A DNA stretch of 64,000 nucleotides from Candidatus Cloacimonadales bacterium (GCA_963677495.2 CAXXOU010000001.1:64001-128000), one strand, 5' to 3'. Positions 39,721 through 49,120 are shown, counted from the stretch's first letter. Numbers and translations: made by a program. Notes: generated by a model not told the origin, from the letters alone.

Positions 39721-40701
39721 ATGAAAAACTCGGCAGTTGTAGTTACAATTACCGATAAGGGTTATATAATACCAACCTTTATCTTGATTCTGTCACTAAA
39801 ATATTTCAAAGTACAAGCACATGTAAATGTACTTTGTGTTGGATTATCTGAAGCAGAGAAGAAGCTATTCTCTCAATTTGAGGATGTGAATACTTTTGAT
39901 GCTGATTTGGATAACCATCGCAATCCAACCACTCGAAAAGCAGAAGCTATATTAACAGCTAAAGATGGTGGTTATGAGATGATAAGCTTATTTGACGGAG
40001 ACTGTATAGTAACAGGAGACATAACTCCATTCTTCAGACAAGATGAGCCGTCCTTATCTGCTAGATTCAAATCACCCAAAGAGGATGGTTGGGTGTTCTC
40101 AAAGTATTATCAACCCGATGATATATATGGATACATACCCAAAGTTATACTTGAGCAATGGAAGATGGATGTTGGAGAATCTGAAACACCACGAAGGAAG
40201 AACACAGTTGCTGGAGGTAATCTATCAATTCATAAAGACTACTTATGGTTTATCGATAAGTGGCATACACAAATGATGAAAGTACTTCCTAATTACAACA
40301 CGGGTGTTGCATATGATTACTCACTAACAGCTTATTCTCAACTGGATGAATCAGTGCTAAACTCACTTCTTACTTTTGCTGATAAAGTACCCCCATTAAC
40401 AGCAGGTAAATTTGATACTGATCCAAACATTTATTTAGCTCATCTAGGTCCTGGACGACCTAGATACTGGAAGCGATTCCCTAAAAGAAAACTTGTCTAT
40501 CTTGACTCAATACTTACTTTTATTAAATGGGGAAGAGAGAAAGGATATAGCTTCCCAATACTTTCTTGGCCTTTAAACCCGAAGTTGCGACTGTTTACAA
40601 AGGCTATTGCATATCTTTTCGAGACTAAAGAACTTGCCAAAAAGATAGTAAAAAAGATTTTGATTATCCTACATTTAAGAAAATATCAGGAGGAGATTTG
40701 A
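39721..40701 (+). CDS. Glycosyltransferase family 8-like protein
   Basis: VVTITDKGY, DxD motif (FDGDCIV), DESVLN. Confidence 0.55.
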   Translation: MKNSAVVVTITDKGYIIPTFILILSLKYFKVQAHVNVLCVGLSEAEKKLFSQFEDVNTFDADLDNHRNPTTRKAEAILTAKDGGYEMISLFDGDCIVTGDITPFFRQDEPSLSARFKSPKEDGWVFSKYYQPDDIYGYIPKVILEQWKMDVGESETPRRKNTVAGGNLSIHKDYLWFIDKWHTQMMKVLPNYNTGVAYDYSLTAYSQLDESVLNSLLTFADKVPPLTAGKFDTDPNIYLAHLGPGRPRYWKRFPKRKLVYLDSILTFIKWGREKGYSFPILSWPLNPKLRLFTKAIAYLFETKELAKKIVKKILIILHLRKYQEEI

Positions 40702-40709
40702 TAGAAGAA

Positions 40710-41357
40710 ATGAAAAGAGTAATCATCTTTTTTTTCATGATTATGGGTGGATCGATTTTATTTAGTGCTGGTAGCCATTCATGTTGAGGACCTCCACCTA
40801 AATATGTCGAGTTCGACAATGGAGTTAAGGTTCTTACCAGTGAGTTGTCAAAATACGAAAAAGCTTTTACAGGATGGGAACTAGAGAATGGAGAGTTAAC
40901 AGGTAAAAAGATTAAGTTCATTCAAGTAGCAACAAGTGCTAATGGAAAACACCTGTTTGTTGAACATAGCAAGCTAGATCATTTTTCACGTTATAGTGGA
41001 ATCAAACTTAAAGCGAAGAGATATTTTAAAGCCTTGTTAAAGGGAAAAATAGAAGCTAGGTCCATAAGTACATCCCTTAGGAAATTTGACAACTATGGTT
41101 TTGTATCAAGAGAAGTAAAACTCGCTGATGGTGTTAACTTGTTTGTTTTTTCTAATGAATCCAAAAAAGGTTTAGCTATTCAGGGTCCTAATTCACTCTA
41201 CTTTGATTTCTTTCCCGCTAATAACAGTGAGTTGATAAATAAGATAACCGATATGTTGATTGAATCTAATTTAACTGTTGCGAAAGAACCTCAGAACAAC
41301 TATATTAGTTTACGAGATATAGGAATATCAAAAAAATTTAAGGAAAACTTACAATGA
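40710..41357 (+). CDS. Putative exported selenoprotein, paralog A (215 aa; UGA at codon 26, C-U motif)
   Basis: MKRVIIFFFMIMGGSILFSAGSHSC-TGA(40785-40787)-GPPPKYVEF... in frame with ORF 40845-41357; hairpin TGTCG-AGTT-CGACA. Confidence 0.75.
40792..40824 (+). promoter_or_regulatory. Candidate SECIS element A
   Basis: Upper stem TGTCG-AGTT-CGACA (40805-40818), lower stem CTCCA/TGGAG; loop starts at +23 after the UGA. Confidence 0.65.
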
Positions 41358-41971
41358 AGAGAACTATCATTTTATCTATTCTAATAGCATATGCTATTAG
41401 CTTATTTGGAGCCGGTTGAGCTCCACCATCGTTTATTACCGGGTCCGGTAATGACCAGAAACATATCGTTTCAGAATTTGAAATGGTACAACACTCAGTG
41501 ACAAAAGACCCCACTGCCCCGGGTGGTATGAAAGAAGAAGTAACAGTAATCGTTAATCTAACAAAGGATGAAAAGACATTAATTTTCCCACATGATAAGC
41601 TTACTAAAAGGACAAAACTGGTTGGTAGTAAAGGGAAAGCATTGAATCTTCTGAACTCAGTCAAAAAGCAGACAAAGATTTGGTCTACTTGTGAATCCAT
41701 AAGAACAATAAGTGCCATCGGGACTGTGAATAAAGAGATTATCATGAATGATAATACAGAAATTCTTCTAATAGATAAAGAGAATAAGCCTTATGGATTA
41801 GCTATCAAGAAAGCTGATGGACTAGCGTTTGATTTCTTTGCACTAGAGTCAGATTATGGTGATATACTAAAAGCAGTTTATAAAAAACTCAATGACTATT
41901 CTCCTGCAGATTGTGGTTCATGTCGGAGAGAAACGATTGACTTTAGAGGATTAGGAACCAGCATCAAGTGA
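41354..41971 (+). CDS. Putative exported selenoprotein, paralog B (205 aa; UGA at codon 22)
   Basis: ATGA overlap with A; MKRTIILSILIAYAISLFGAG-TGA(41417-41419)-APPSFITGSGND... in frame with ORF 41483-41971; 9-bp hairpin with GGTC loop. Confidence 0.8.
41433..41454 (+). promoter_or_regulatory. Candidate SECIS element B
   Basis: TTATTACCG-GGTC-CGGTAATGA; loop starts at +23 after the UGA. Confidence 0.75.
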
Positions 41972-42579
41972 TTGCTTTAGTGACACTCTTAATCTTGTGG
42001 TCAGTTTCTACTTCAGTTTTTGGTAGTAATTGAATGCCTTCGTCTTCTATTATCGGTTTCGGTAATAGCGAATATGAATTTATCAAATCAGATTTTGAGG
42101 ATATAGAATACAAAGAGATTACTGTAACCGGTGCCAGTACCTATGTTAAAGAGAAGGTAACAGTATACGTTAACCCGACTACAAATGGAAAGACACTGAT
42201 TCACGGACATAAGAAGTTAAAAAAGAAAACGCAGTTATATGGATCAAAACTGAGAGCAGTATCTCTGCTTAGTGAGATTGCAAAAAGTAGATCAGTACAA
42301 ACCTATTTTGAATCAAAACGTGTAATTGATGATTATGGAATAGTCTACAAGGAAGTGACGATGAATGATTCAACAATGGTACTTCTATTTGAACCCAAGG
42401 AAGAATCTGTTAGCATTGCATTGAAACCTAAAGATGGAAAAGTCTTTAACTATTTTTCATCAGCTAAGGACTATAAAGGATTGATTGAAAGAGTGTATAA
42501 TAGATTGAATCTCATGGGTCCGAATGAGATGACCACAAAGCAAAAAATGGCTATTGATTTTAGAGGATTAGGAGAATAA
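41968..42579 (+). CDS. Putative exported selenoprotein, paralog C (203 aa; UGA at codon 22)
   Basis: GTGA overlap with B; MIALVTLLILWSVSTSVFGSN-TGA(42031-42033)-MPSSSIIGFGN... in frame with ORF 42034-42579; 9-bp hairpin. Confidence 0.72.
42047..42068 (+). promoter_or_regulatory. Candidate SECIS element C
   Basis: CTATTATCG-GTTT-CGGTAATAG; loop starts at +23 after the UGA. Confidence 0.7.
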
Positions 42580-43593
42580 CTAATCCTCTTTTTTTAATGT
42601 TCTTGTCATTAAAGATTTTATTGCTTCTAACGGATTCTTTTCATTAAAAAGTACTTCGTGCACCTGCTCTGTGATTGGCATCTCGACATCATACTTCTTA
42701 CTAAGAGCATAAACTGAAATAGTAGAATCTACTCCCTCTGCAACCATCTTCATAGTTTCCAGGATTTGGTTAAGAGTCTTACCACTTCCTATCTCAAAAC
42801 CTACATATCTATTACGACTGTGTTTGCTCATTGCTGTCGTTATGAGGTCTCCTATGCCAGATAAACCTAAAAAGGTTTCCGGGTTTGCTCCCATTACTTT
42901 ACCTAGACGCTTAACTTCAGCAACACCTCTTGTTAATAAAGCTCCCATAGTATTGTCACCTAACCCAAGACCTTCTGTGATTCCTGCAGCGATAGCAATA
43001 ATATTCTTAACAGCACCACCAAGCTCTACTCCCATTAGATCATTGGAGCTATATACTCTGAAGTAGTTATTACTGAAGGTATTTTGTACAAGCTTCTGGT
43101 TATCTTTTGTTGATCCGGCAATCACAACAGCAGTTGATACTTCTTTAGCTACTTCTTCTGCATGACTTGGACCCGAAAGTGTCATTATTTTCTCACTACT
43201 AAGTACAGTTAAGGACTCACTTAGAACTTCAGACATTCGTTTTAATGATTGCTTTTCAACCCCTTTAGCTACATTGATAACAGCTTCAATTCCATTGGAT
43301 TTTAAGAGTAGTGGATTCACTTGTTCAGCAACTTTCCTTAGAACCTGTGAAGGAACAGCAAAAAGAAGGATGTCGAACTCTCCGGTAACAACATCATCAA
43401 GGTTATTACTAAAACAGATAGTCTCATCGAGATGGATACCGGGAAGAAAAACGGTATTAGTGTGTGTGTGTATGAGCTCATCGGCTCTTTCTTTATCAAA
43501 TTCCCAAACCTTCACTTCATGTCCATTAACAGCTAAAAGGTTAGCTAATGCCAAACCCCAGCTACCACCACCGATTACTCTAACTCTTTGCAT
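42580..43593 (-). CDS. gpsA: NAD(P)H-dependent glycerol-3-phosphate dehydrogenase
   Basis: GGGSWG, LSGPSHAEEV, GVELGGAVKNIIAIAAG and GIGDLITT...SRNR motifs. Confidence 0.97.
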   Translation of the reverse strand: MQRVRVIGGGSWGLALANLLAVNGHEVKVWEFDKERADELIHTHTNTVFLPGIHLDETICFSNNLDDVVTGEFDILLFAVPSQVLRKVAEQVNPLLLKSNGIEAVINVAKGVEKQSLKRMSEVLSESLTVLSSEKIMTLSGPSHAEEVAKEVSTAVVIAGSTKDNQKLVQNTFSNNYFRVYSSNDLMGVELGGAVKNIIAIAAGITEGLGLGDNTMGALLTRGVAEVKRLGKVMGANPETFLGLSGIGDLITTAMSKHSRNRYVGFEIGSGKTLNQILETMKMVAEGVDSTISVYALSKKYDVEMPITEQVHEVLFNEKNPLEAIKSLMTRTLKKED

Positions 43594-43603
43594 ATATACT
43601 CCT

Positions 43604-43628
43604 AAAGAAAAAGCCGGATAACTCCGGC
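43604..43628 (-). terminator. Terminator-like hairpin just upstream of the gpsA RBS
   Basis: Minus strand GCCGGA-gtta-TCCGGC-TTTTTCTTT. Confidence 0.6.
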
Positions 43629-43656
43629 ATAAAAAATCTCAATCTCATACTAATGA

Positions 43657-43932
43657 CTAAAAGTCATCATCGTCATCATCATCATCCCAGTCATCCTCAC
43701 CGTTTACCCAGTCAGGACAGAACAAGGCATCTTCTTCGAAATCCCATCCATCCACGTTTTCTAAGCCGAAACGATTGAGAATATCCTCTTCCCACAACGA
43801 ATATTGAACTGTTCCGTCAGTTACCTGCCAGACCAGTATAGGCTTAGAATACTTTCGCAATTCGATAGTTGGATTCTCTGTCATTTGCAGAAATTCGACT
43901 ATCTTCTCTCTGCGAGATTCCTTTTGCATCAT
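43657..43932 (-). CDS. Small hypothetical protein with poly-Asp tail
   Basis: ORF with AGGAG RBS, co-oriented in the operon; ends in WDDDDDDDDF. Confidence 0.7.
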   Translation of the reverse strand: MMQKESRREKIVEFLQMTENPTIELRKYSKPILVWQVTDGTVQYSLWEEDILNRFGLENVDGWDFEEDALFCPDWVNGEDDWDDDDDDDDF

Positions 43933-43944
43933 GATTGACACTCC

Positions 43945-44997
43945 TTACTCAAATAAGTCAAACTTATAACCAAAACCTAAACTGAGAGTATTATCTAAAT
44001 ACTCTTTATATTTAGGTACTGAGTTATATGGAGATTCAACCGTACGATTACAATAAGAATAGTCAAGATGAATATCTATTGCCTTACCAAGATAGAATAC
44101 AAGTGATGGTGAGACAGTTGTTTTTGTATCTTCTCTTTTATAGTGATAATCGTCGCTACCTTGATAGTAACGCTTCTCTAGATCAAAGTCGACGGTAAAC
44201 CTGTATTTTACATCATCCCATGATGTGTCTATCTTCTTGAGTGTAATACCAAACTCATAGATGTCACTTTCATAAGATGAGTCAGATGGGATGGTATCCC
44301 AATCAATATCGTCAGTATAAAGCGCTTGAATATCATCTTCTGTAACAAACTCTTTGAATGAATAAGCAAAGTTTAGATATACACCGGGGAATGAACCTCT
44401 CCAGCCGGCTTTATATGTTGTAGCAACTCCATCATATTCAGTGAAGTACTCATTATGAAAGAGCTCTTCCATTTTACCTTCTGCAAAGAATCGATGTTTC
44501 TTGAGAGCTTGCCAAGACAACTTAACTCTATATTGGTTTTTATCATATTCAAACATCTCATACTCACCTGTTCCATTATAAAGGTGATTTTTATCATCTT
44601 TATAATCTCTCAAATAGTTACCGGGATTAAAACCATATTCTACAGTTAAGTAAAATGGTTTATACATAGCGTTAATTCCCGATAGAATACTGCTTTTTGT
44701 TTTGTCTGAGTTTGATGTATAGTAGTTATAACTAAGCTTAACGAATGGATCTATTGATACATGTTTTTTAAGCTTGAAAGAGGTTTTAGCTCGTACTGAA
44801 GATTTAACAACCAGGTCATCAATTGTCTCAACGAAAGGTAATGAATCACTACCCTCTTCAGCTCTTTCTATATCATAATCGGAAAGGTGCCAAATATTCT
44901 CACTATACTCTGTCTCAAGAGAATAATCAATATTCAAAGGAACTGCAAACAGAGATACAGTTGCTAATAGAAGACTGAAAACTACTAACTTACGCAT
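43945..44997 (-). CDS. Putative outer-membrane beta-barrel protein
   Basis: Signal peptide; alternating Tyr/Phe-rich strands; C-terminal LSLGFGYKFDLFE. Confidence 0.65.
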   Translation of the reverse strand: MRKLVVFSLLLATVSLFAVPLNIDYSLETEYSENIWHLSDYDIERAEEGSDSLPFVETIDDLVVKSSVRAKTSFKLKKHVSIDPFVKLSYNYYTSNSDKTKSSILSGINAMYKPFYLTVEYGFNPGNYLRDYKDDKNHLYNGTGEYEMFEYDKNQYRVKLSWQALKKHRFFAEGKMEELFHNEYFTEYDGVATTYKAGWRGSFPGVYLNFAYSFKEFVTEDDIQALYTDDIDWDTIPSDSSYESDIYEFGITLKKIDTSWDDVKYRFTVDFDLEKRYYQGSDDYHYKREDTKTTVSPSLVFYLGKAIDIHLDYSYCNRTVESPYNSVPKYKEYLDNTLSLGFGYKFDLFE

Positions 44998-45818
44998 TAG
45001 TTTACCTTCTTTCTTATTTTCATTACACGTACAAGAATTGGATTAGGGTTTTGCGGAACAATCTTAAAGGTATTATTCCCGGCAATAGTATTAAGCTCAA
45101 TTCTTTTACCAATACTAAGACACTCATATCCATCGCAACTGAACTTACCTGATCTTTTTAAATCTATACTGACAGTTTTTATCAACTCACCATTCTGGTA
45201 GATATCAAAGGCAGGTTTCACGTTCTCTTCAATTGCTGATCTTACGAAGAAATACGCATCAAATCTTCCATCAACAGAGAACACAATCTCATTCCCTTCA
45301 TCTGCCATATAGTAATCGCTAGAAGCCTTACTGCTTTTAACAACTACTTTCTTCAAACTTTTGGTAGGTTTTACTGCAATAGGATCCTCTGAAAGGTGAA
45401 GCACAGCTTTTTTGAAGAATCTAAAATAGGCATTCCTATTCATTGTTCTAATTCTTACTTCATCTACTCCTCTTGGAATGTTTAACTTATACTCATTAAA
45501 GAATGTATATTTGTTGTTGAAACCAAGCTGTGTGAGATGTACTGGAGTTGGAGTTCCGTCAATTATCACATCTAAATCTAGTGATAAGTCTTGAGCTTTT
45601 GAAACTGATTTAAGAGTGTATTCACCTGATGCAGGCTTTCTTAAAACCAAATCTTCTCCACGTACAGAGCGATAATAAAAGACTTTTCTTCCTTTTACTT
45701 CTACAAGTCTACGAGTTCCATGACTACTAAAATCTTTAGCTCTGTAGATAACTTTATCATAAGCAAACAAAGGAAGAAGAACAGTAATAAGTAAGCTTAA
45801 AATTATTAACTTTTTCAT
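44997..45818 (-). CDS. Basic exported hypothetical protein (start revised to MKKLIILS)
   Basis: Signal peptide MKKLIILSLLITVLLPLFA; Lys/Arg-rich, beta-rich. Confidence 0.7.
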   Translation of the reverse strand: MKKLIILSLLITVLLPLFAYDKVIYRAKDFSSHGTRRLVEVKGRKVFYYRSVRGEDLVLRKPASGEYTLKSVSKAQDLSLDLDVIIDGTPTPVHLTQLGFNNKYTFFNEYKLNIPRGVDEVRIRTMNRNAYFRFFKKAVLHLSEDPIAVKPTKSLKKVVVKSSKASSDYYMADEGNEIVFSVDGRFDAYFFVRSAIEENVKPAFDIYQNGELIKTVSIDLKRSGKFSCDGYECLSIGKRIELNTIAGNNTFKIVPQNPNPILVRVMKIRKKVN

Positions 45819-45828
45819 AAGACCTTCT

Positions 45829-46962
45829 TTAGTCCTCATGTGCTACAATGTTTTTCGCAAACTTTCTATCATGTCTGTCAAAAGCGACTACTGCGATAAT
45901 AGAGACTAAAAGGATAACAAAGCATATAGCGATAACAAACGGGTTGTTTACTACTGATCTGAAAATCATACCTTCACCGGGAGTCTGCAATTCAAAAGGT
46001 TTCTCAGATTTACTTACAGCAACAGGCATCTCATACTTTTCAGCTAATGGTTGAGCTCTGTAAGTATGAATAACCGGTATTCCCTTTTTAGCGAAACTGA
46101 ACATAACACCAGGGTTACTAAACTCTTTTTCAGCAAGCTTTCTATTAACTCCACTCTTTACAAGCTTAGCATTAACAGCGCTACCTACGTTTGCAAGACC
46201 TGAACCAATATTGACAAAAGCTTTAAATCTTTTGCCTTCTGGTATCGAGTTCTGATAAGCTTCTTCCCTAAGTTTTATGCTTTCTCTAAGGTTTTTTCCA
46301 TTAATCAGTTTTACATTATTTCGCACAATTGAGTTTGCTAGGTTCTCAAGACCAACTTCCGATAACCCTTTTCCTTTATCCTCATTACCACCAAATGATG
46401 CATAACTACTCTTGAAATCAATTAAACCTTTCTCATTGAGGAAGCGCTCGATATCAAGCCAGGTAAAGTTTTCTCGGTTTGCTCCATACATAGCTGAACC
46501 ATTTGCTGTGATGATAACCGGTTTTGCCCCAATCACCTTAATAGCAGCAAAAAGTGCTATGTTAGAAGCCGGTGTTGAACCTGTTAACCCGATAGCTATA
46601 TAGTCACCTTTTTTAACACGAGCTTGTTTTAGCTGTTCAACATATATAGCAGCAAAATTAGGATTTATAGCTGTTTGCTTATCGTAAAGCAAACCTCTAC
46701 TTGTTGTGATAGTTGTTACTTTTCTGCCAATTAATCCAGTCTTATTAGGGTCATCGAGAACATTGTAGTTAAGCTCTTCACTCTCATAAGCTGTCTTCAC
46801 AACATCCATCATGGACTGCATTTCATTAGCAGCTTTAACTTTCAAGTCATAATGACTCGCTTTTATTGTCTTTTTACTTGTCTGGGCAAAATAGAATAAA
46901 ACTAAACTTAGGATTGCCAAGGTTGCAAGGCTCCAATTTGATCTTAATGAAGGTCTATACAT
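45829..46962 (-). CDS. pgsW: Poly-gamma-glutamate system protein (PgsW family; start revised to MYRPSL)
   Basis: DPNKTGLIG...ITTSRG, KQTAINPNFAA, GSAMYGAN and FVNIGSG motifs; directly after pgsC. Confidence 0.85.
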   Translation of the reverse strand: MYRPSLRSNWSLATLAILSLVLFYFAQTSKKTIKASHYDLKVKAANEMQSMMDVVKTAYESEELNYNVLDDPNKTGLIGRKVTTITTSRGLLYDKQTAINPNFAAIYVEQLKQARVKKGDYIAIGLTGSTPASNIALFAAIKVIGAKPVIITANGSAMYGANRENFTWLDIERFLNEKGLIDFKSSYASFGGNEDKGKGLSEVGLENLANSIVRNNVKLINGKNLRESIKLREEAYQNSIPEGKRFKAFVNIGSGLANVGSAVNAKLVKSGVNRKLAEKEFSNPGVMFSFAKKGIPVIHTYRAQPLAEKYEMPVAVSKSEKPFELQTPGEGMIFRSVVNNPFVIAICFVILLVSIIAVVAFDRHDRKFAKNIVAHED

Positions 46963-47410
46963 TGAACACCACCTCGCCACCTGAAATTAACATGATTAAA
47001 AGTCTTACAAATACAGCAGCAATAATCATAGTTGAGATAGTTTTAACAACTCCCTGTCTTTCCATCCAGTTTGCAATTAAACCTGGAACAATGTAACCGA
47101 TTGACTGCATCTCTAAGTCATAGATAGACATGTTGTGGAACACAAGGTGCCTTGAGGCCCAACCAACAATAAAGCCAAGAAGAATAGCTAACACCATTCT
47201 ACGTCTTCCGAATAATAAAGTTACTTGTGAGATTAATCTAATCAATCCCCATGTCACGAGACTAACAAGTAATGTTCCAATAATCTGCATCGGACGATCC
47301 AAATACATTGCAATATAACCCGGTACAACAATACCACCTGCTGATGCACCTAAAAGTTCTGCAAAGATTAAACTGATTATGACGCCAATACCAACTGCGG
47401 CTTCAACCAC
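46955..47410 (-). CDS. pgsC: Poly-gamma-glutamate biosynthesis protein PgsC/CapC
   Basis: GGIVVPGYIA, LFGRRR and IGYIVPGLIANW.ERQG motifs. Confidence 0.95.
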   Translation of the reverse strand: MVEAAVGIGVIISLIFAELLGASAGGIVVPGYIAMYLDRPMQIIGTLLVSLVTWGLIRLISQVTLLFGRRRMVLAILLGFIVGWASRHLVFHNMSIYDLEMQSIGYIVPGLIANWMERQGVVKTISTMIIAAVFVRLLIMLISGGEVVFNV

Positions 47411-47419
47411 TGTTTCCTC

Positions 47420-48610
47420 CTATTTATTTGCCTTTTTATTTTTTCTTGATTTATGCTTGAAATGAGCAACAATAGTCGCACCATACTTTCTTTCACCTGC
47501 AATGTTACCAACTCCGATAACATGTGCTTCGGATTCAGTTCTTTTAAATATCTCTTCATATATTCTTTCGGGAAGCACTTCACCCATTGTAATAAGCTTA
47601 TCTTTCTGTACACCATGGCTAAGAGCAAAACCTTCAACTTTCTCAGGAACTTCACCGGTAAGAATCATATAATCGTAATCCTGATTCTTCATAGCTTCTA
47701 TAAGCTGCTGTGAACGGAAATAACGATCTGCTCTACTGTTTACAACAAGAAACTTATGAGCATCCGGACTTAACTTCTTAGATATAAGATTCCAAATGAA
47801 GTTAGAGGAATCAGCATCATTTGCAGCAAAAACATTATAGAAAGTAATCTCTTTACCTTTCTCTTTAACAGTGTATTTTGTCAAAGCACCCGGGTCTGGA
47901 TGTGAAGCCCACATACCTTCTAGAGCTTTTTGTCTGTCAACACCGAGTTTCAGACAAACTTCTAAAGCTAACTGTACATTCTCCTCATGCTCAATGTATG
48001 AGAACTTATGCATCTCTTCAGGTGTTACATCGTAAGGACGTACTTTGTGAATCGTGCATGATCGCTTGTCAGCAACTTTCTTCATTATTGGGAACATCTT
48101 TTCTTCTGCAGTATAGCACTCACCATGTTTTGGAATTGTATTACACAAACACTTTGTTACAGATTCAACAGTTTCACCCATTAAATCTGTGTGATCGAGT
48201 CTACTGTTTGTGATAACAGAGTGAGTTGCTTTTACGAAATGCTTTTCAGTAATCCATTGGTAAACAGGGTTAACAGCCATACATTCAATAACGAATGCTT
48301 TGGGCTGCATATCTGCAGCATAGCGGAACATATACTTCTGTTCGAGTATGTTTGCCCCGGCTAAACGAATAATTGCAGCTTCTTCTCCACCTTTCATAAT
48401 AAAGCGTGGGAGTGTCCCTGTGATCTTAGCCACAGTTGGTATCCCACCATTTCTTAAACCGGCAGTGATTAATCTTGTTACACTAGATTTTCCTCTCGTT
48501 CCATTTACATGAATACGAATAGGGATATTACTGACATTCTTCTGATGGCGGATATATTCATATACCCAATACAACACCAATACTGCTGTTGCAATTATTA
48601 AAACTATCAT
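47420..48610 (-). CDS. pgsB: Poly-gamma-glutamate synthase PgsB/CapB
   Basis: IRIHVNGTRGKSSVTRLI, ANILEQ, ECMAVNP, DPGAL and FAAND motifs. Confidence 0.96.
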   Translation of the reverse strand: MIVLIIATAVLVLYWVYEYIRHQKNVSNIPIRIHVNGTRGKSSVTRLITAGLRNGGIPTVAKITGTLPRFIMKGGEEAAIIRLAGANILEQKYMFRYAADMQPKAFVIECMAVNPVYQWITEKHFVKATHSVITNSRLDHTDLMGETVESVTKCLCNTIPKHGECYTAEEKMFPIMKKVADKRSCTIHKVRPYDVTPEEMHKFSYIEHEENVQLALEVCLKLGVDRQKALEGMWASHPDPGALTKYTVKEKGKEITFYNVFAANDADSSNFIWNLISKKLSPDAHKFLVVNSRADRYFRSQQLIEAMKNQDYDYMILTGEVPEKVEGFALSHGVQKDKLITMGEVLPERIYEEIFKRTESEAHVIGVGNIAGERKYGATIVAHFKHKSRKNKKANK

Positions 48611-48745
48611 CTAAACCTCATCATAACGGTAAAACTAAATATTTTGAAATATTATTGCAATAAATATTCCATTTTGCCTGTGTCAAACAATATTTATCTA
48701 TCTATTTTAACATGAGCCAACTGCTCATTAAAATATATATGTTTA

Positions 48746-49054
48746 TCAGTGGGAGATCTTAGGGAAGCACGTGTTTGCTTTTCTCAAATTGTTGAGTCTG
48801 GAATTTATGTCTTTGAAGAAATCTTCCTCCGGAATTGAAGGATTCTTCGTCTCTTTTAACCAAATGTCACACGGTCTGTTAGAACACTCACCACATGACT
48901 TGAAACCCTTCTTTTCAACACATGTGTATATCGGGCAAATCTCTTTCCCAATTTCGGGTGCCCAGCTAACTTTGCCTTTTAACTGGTTACAACCTTTGCA
49001 ATTTTCCCCGAAAGCAGAACAATCTGTCTCACACACAACTCCGCATACTGTCAT
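48746..49054 (-). CDS. Cys-rich DUF3795-like protein
   Basis: CGVVC..DC, CKGC and CPIYTC...K....CGEC...PC patterns. Confidence 0.8.
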   Translation of the reverse strand: MTVCGVVCETDCSAFGENCKGCNQLKGKVSWAPEIGKEICPIYTCVEKKGFKSCGECSNRPCDIWLKETKNPSIPEEDFFKDINSRLNNLRKANTCFPKISH

Positions 49055-49120
49055 AACTTTCTCCTTGCACGGAGATTTGAACCAAAGTGATATTTGTCAA
49101 CTCTTTTGACACAATTACGG

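Noticed and set aside
41354..41419. Sec acting as the lipobox residue of a lipoprotein
   Set aside because: The residues before UGA (GAG, GSN, HSC) do not fit the [LVI][ASTVI][GAS]C lipobox. Signal peptidase I cleavage after LFS/LFG/VFG fits better. Not formally excluded.
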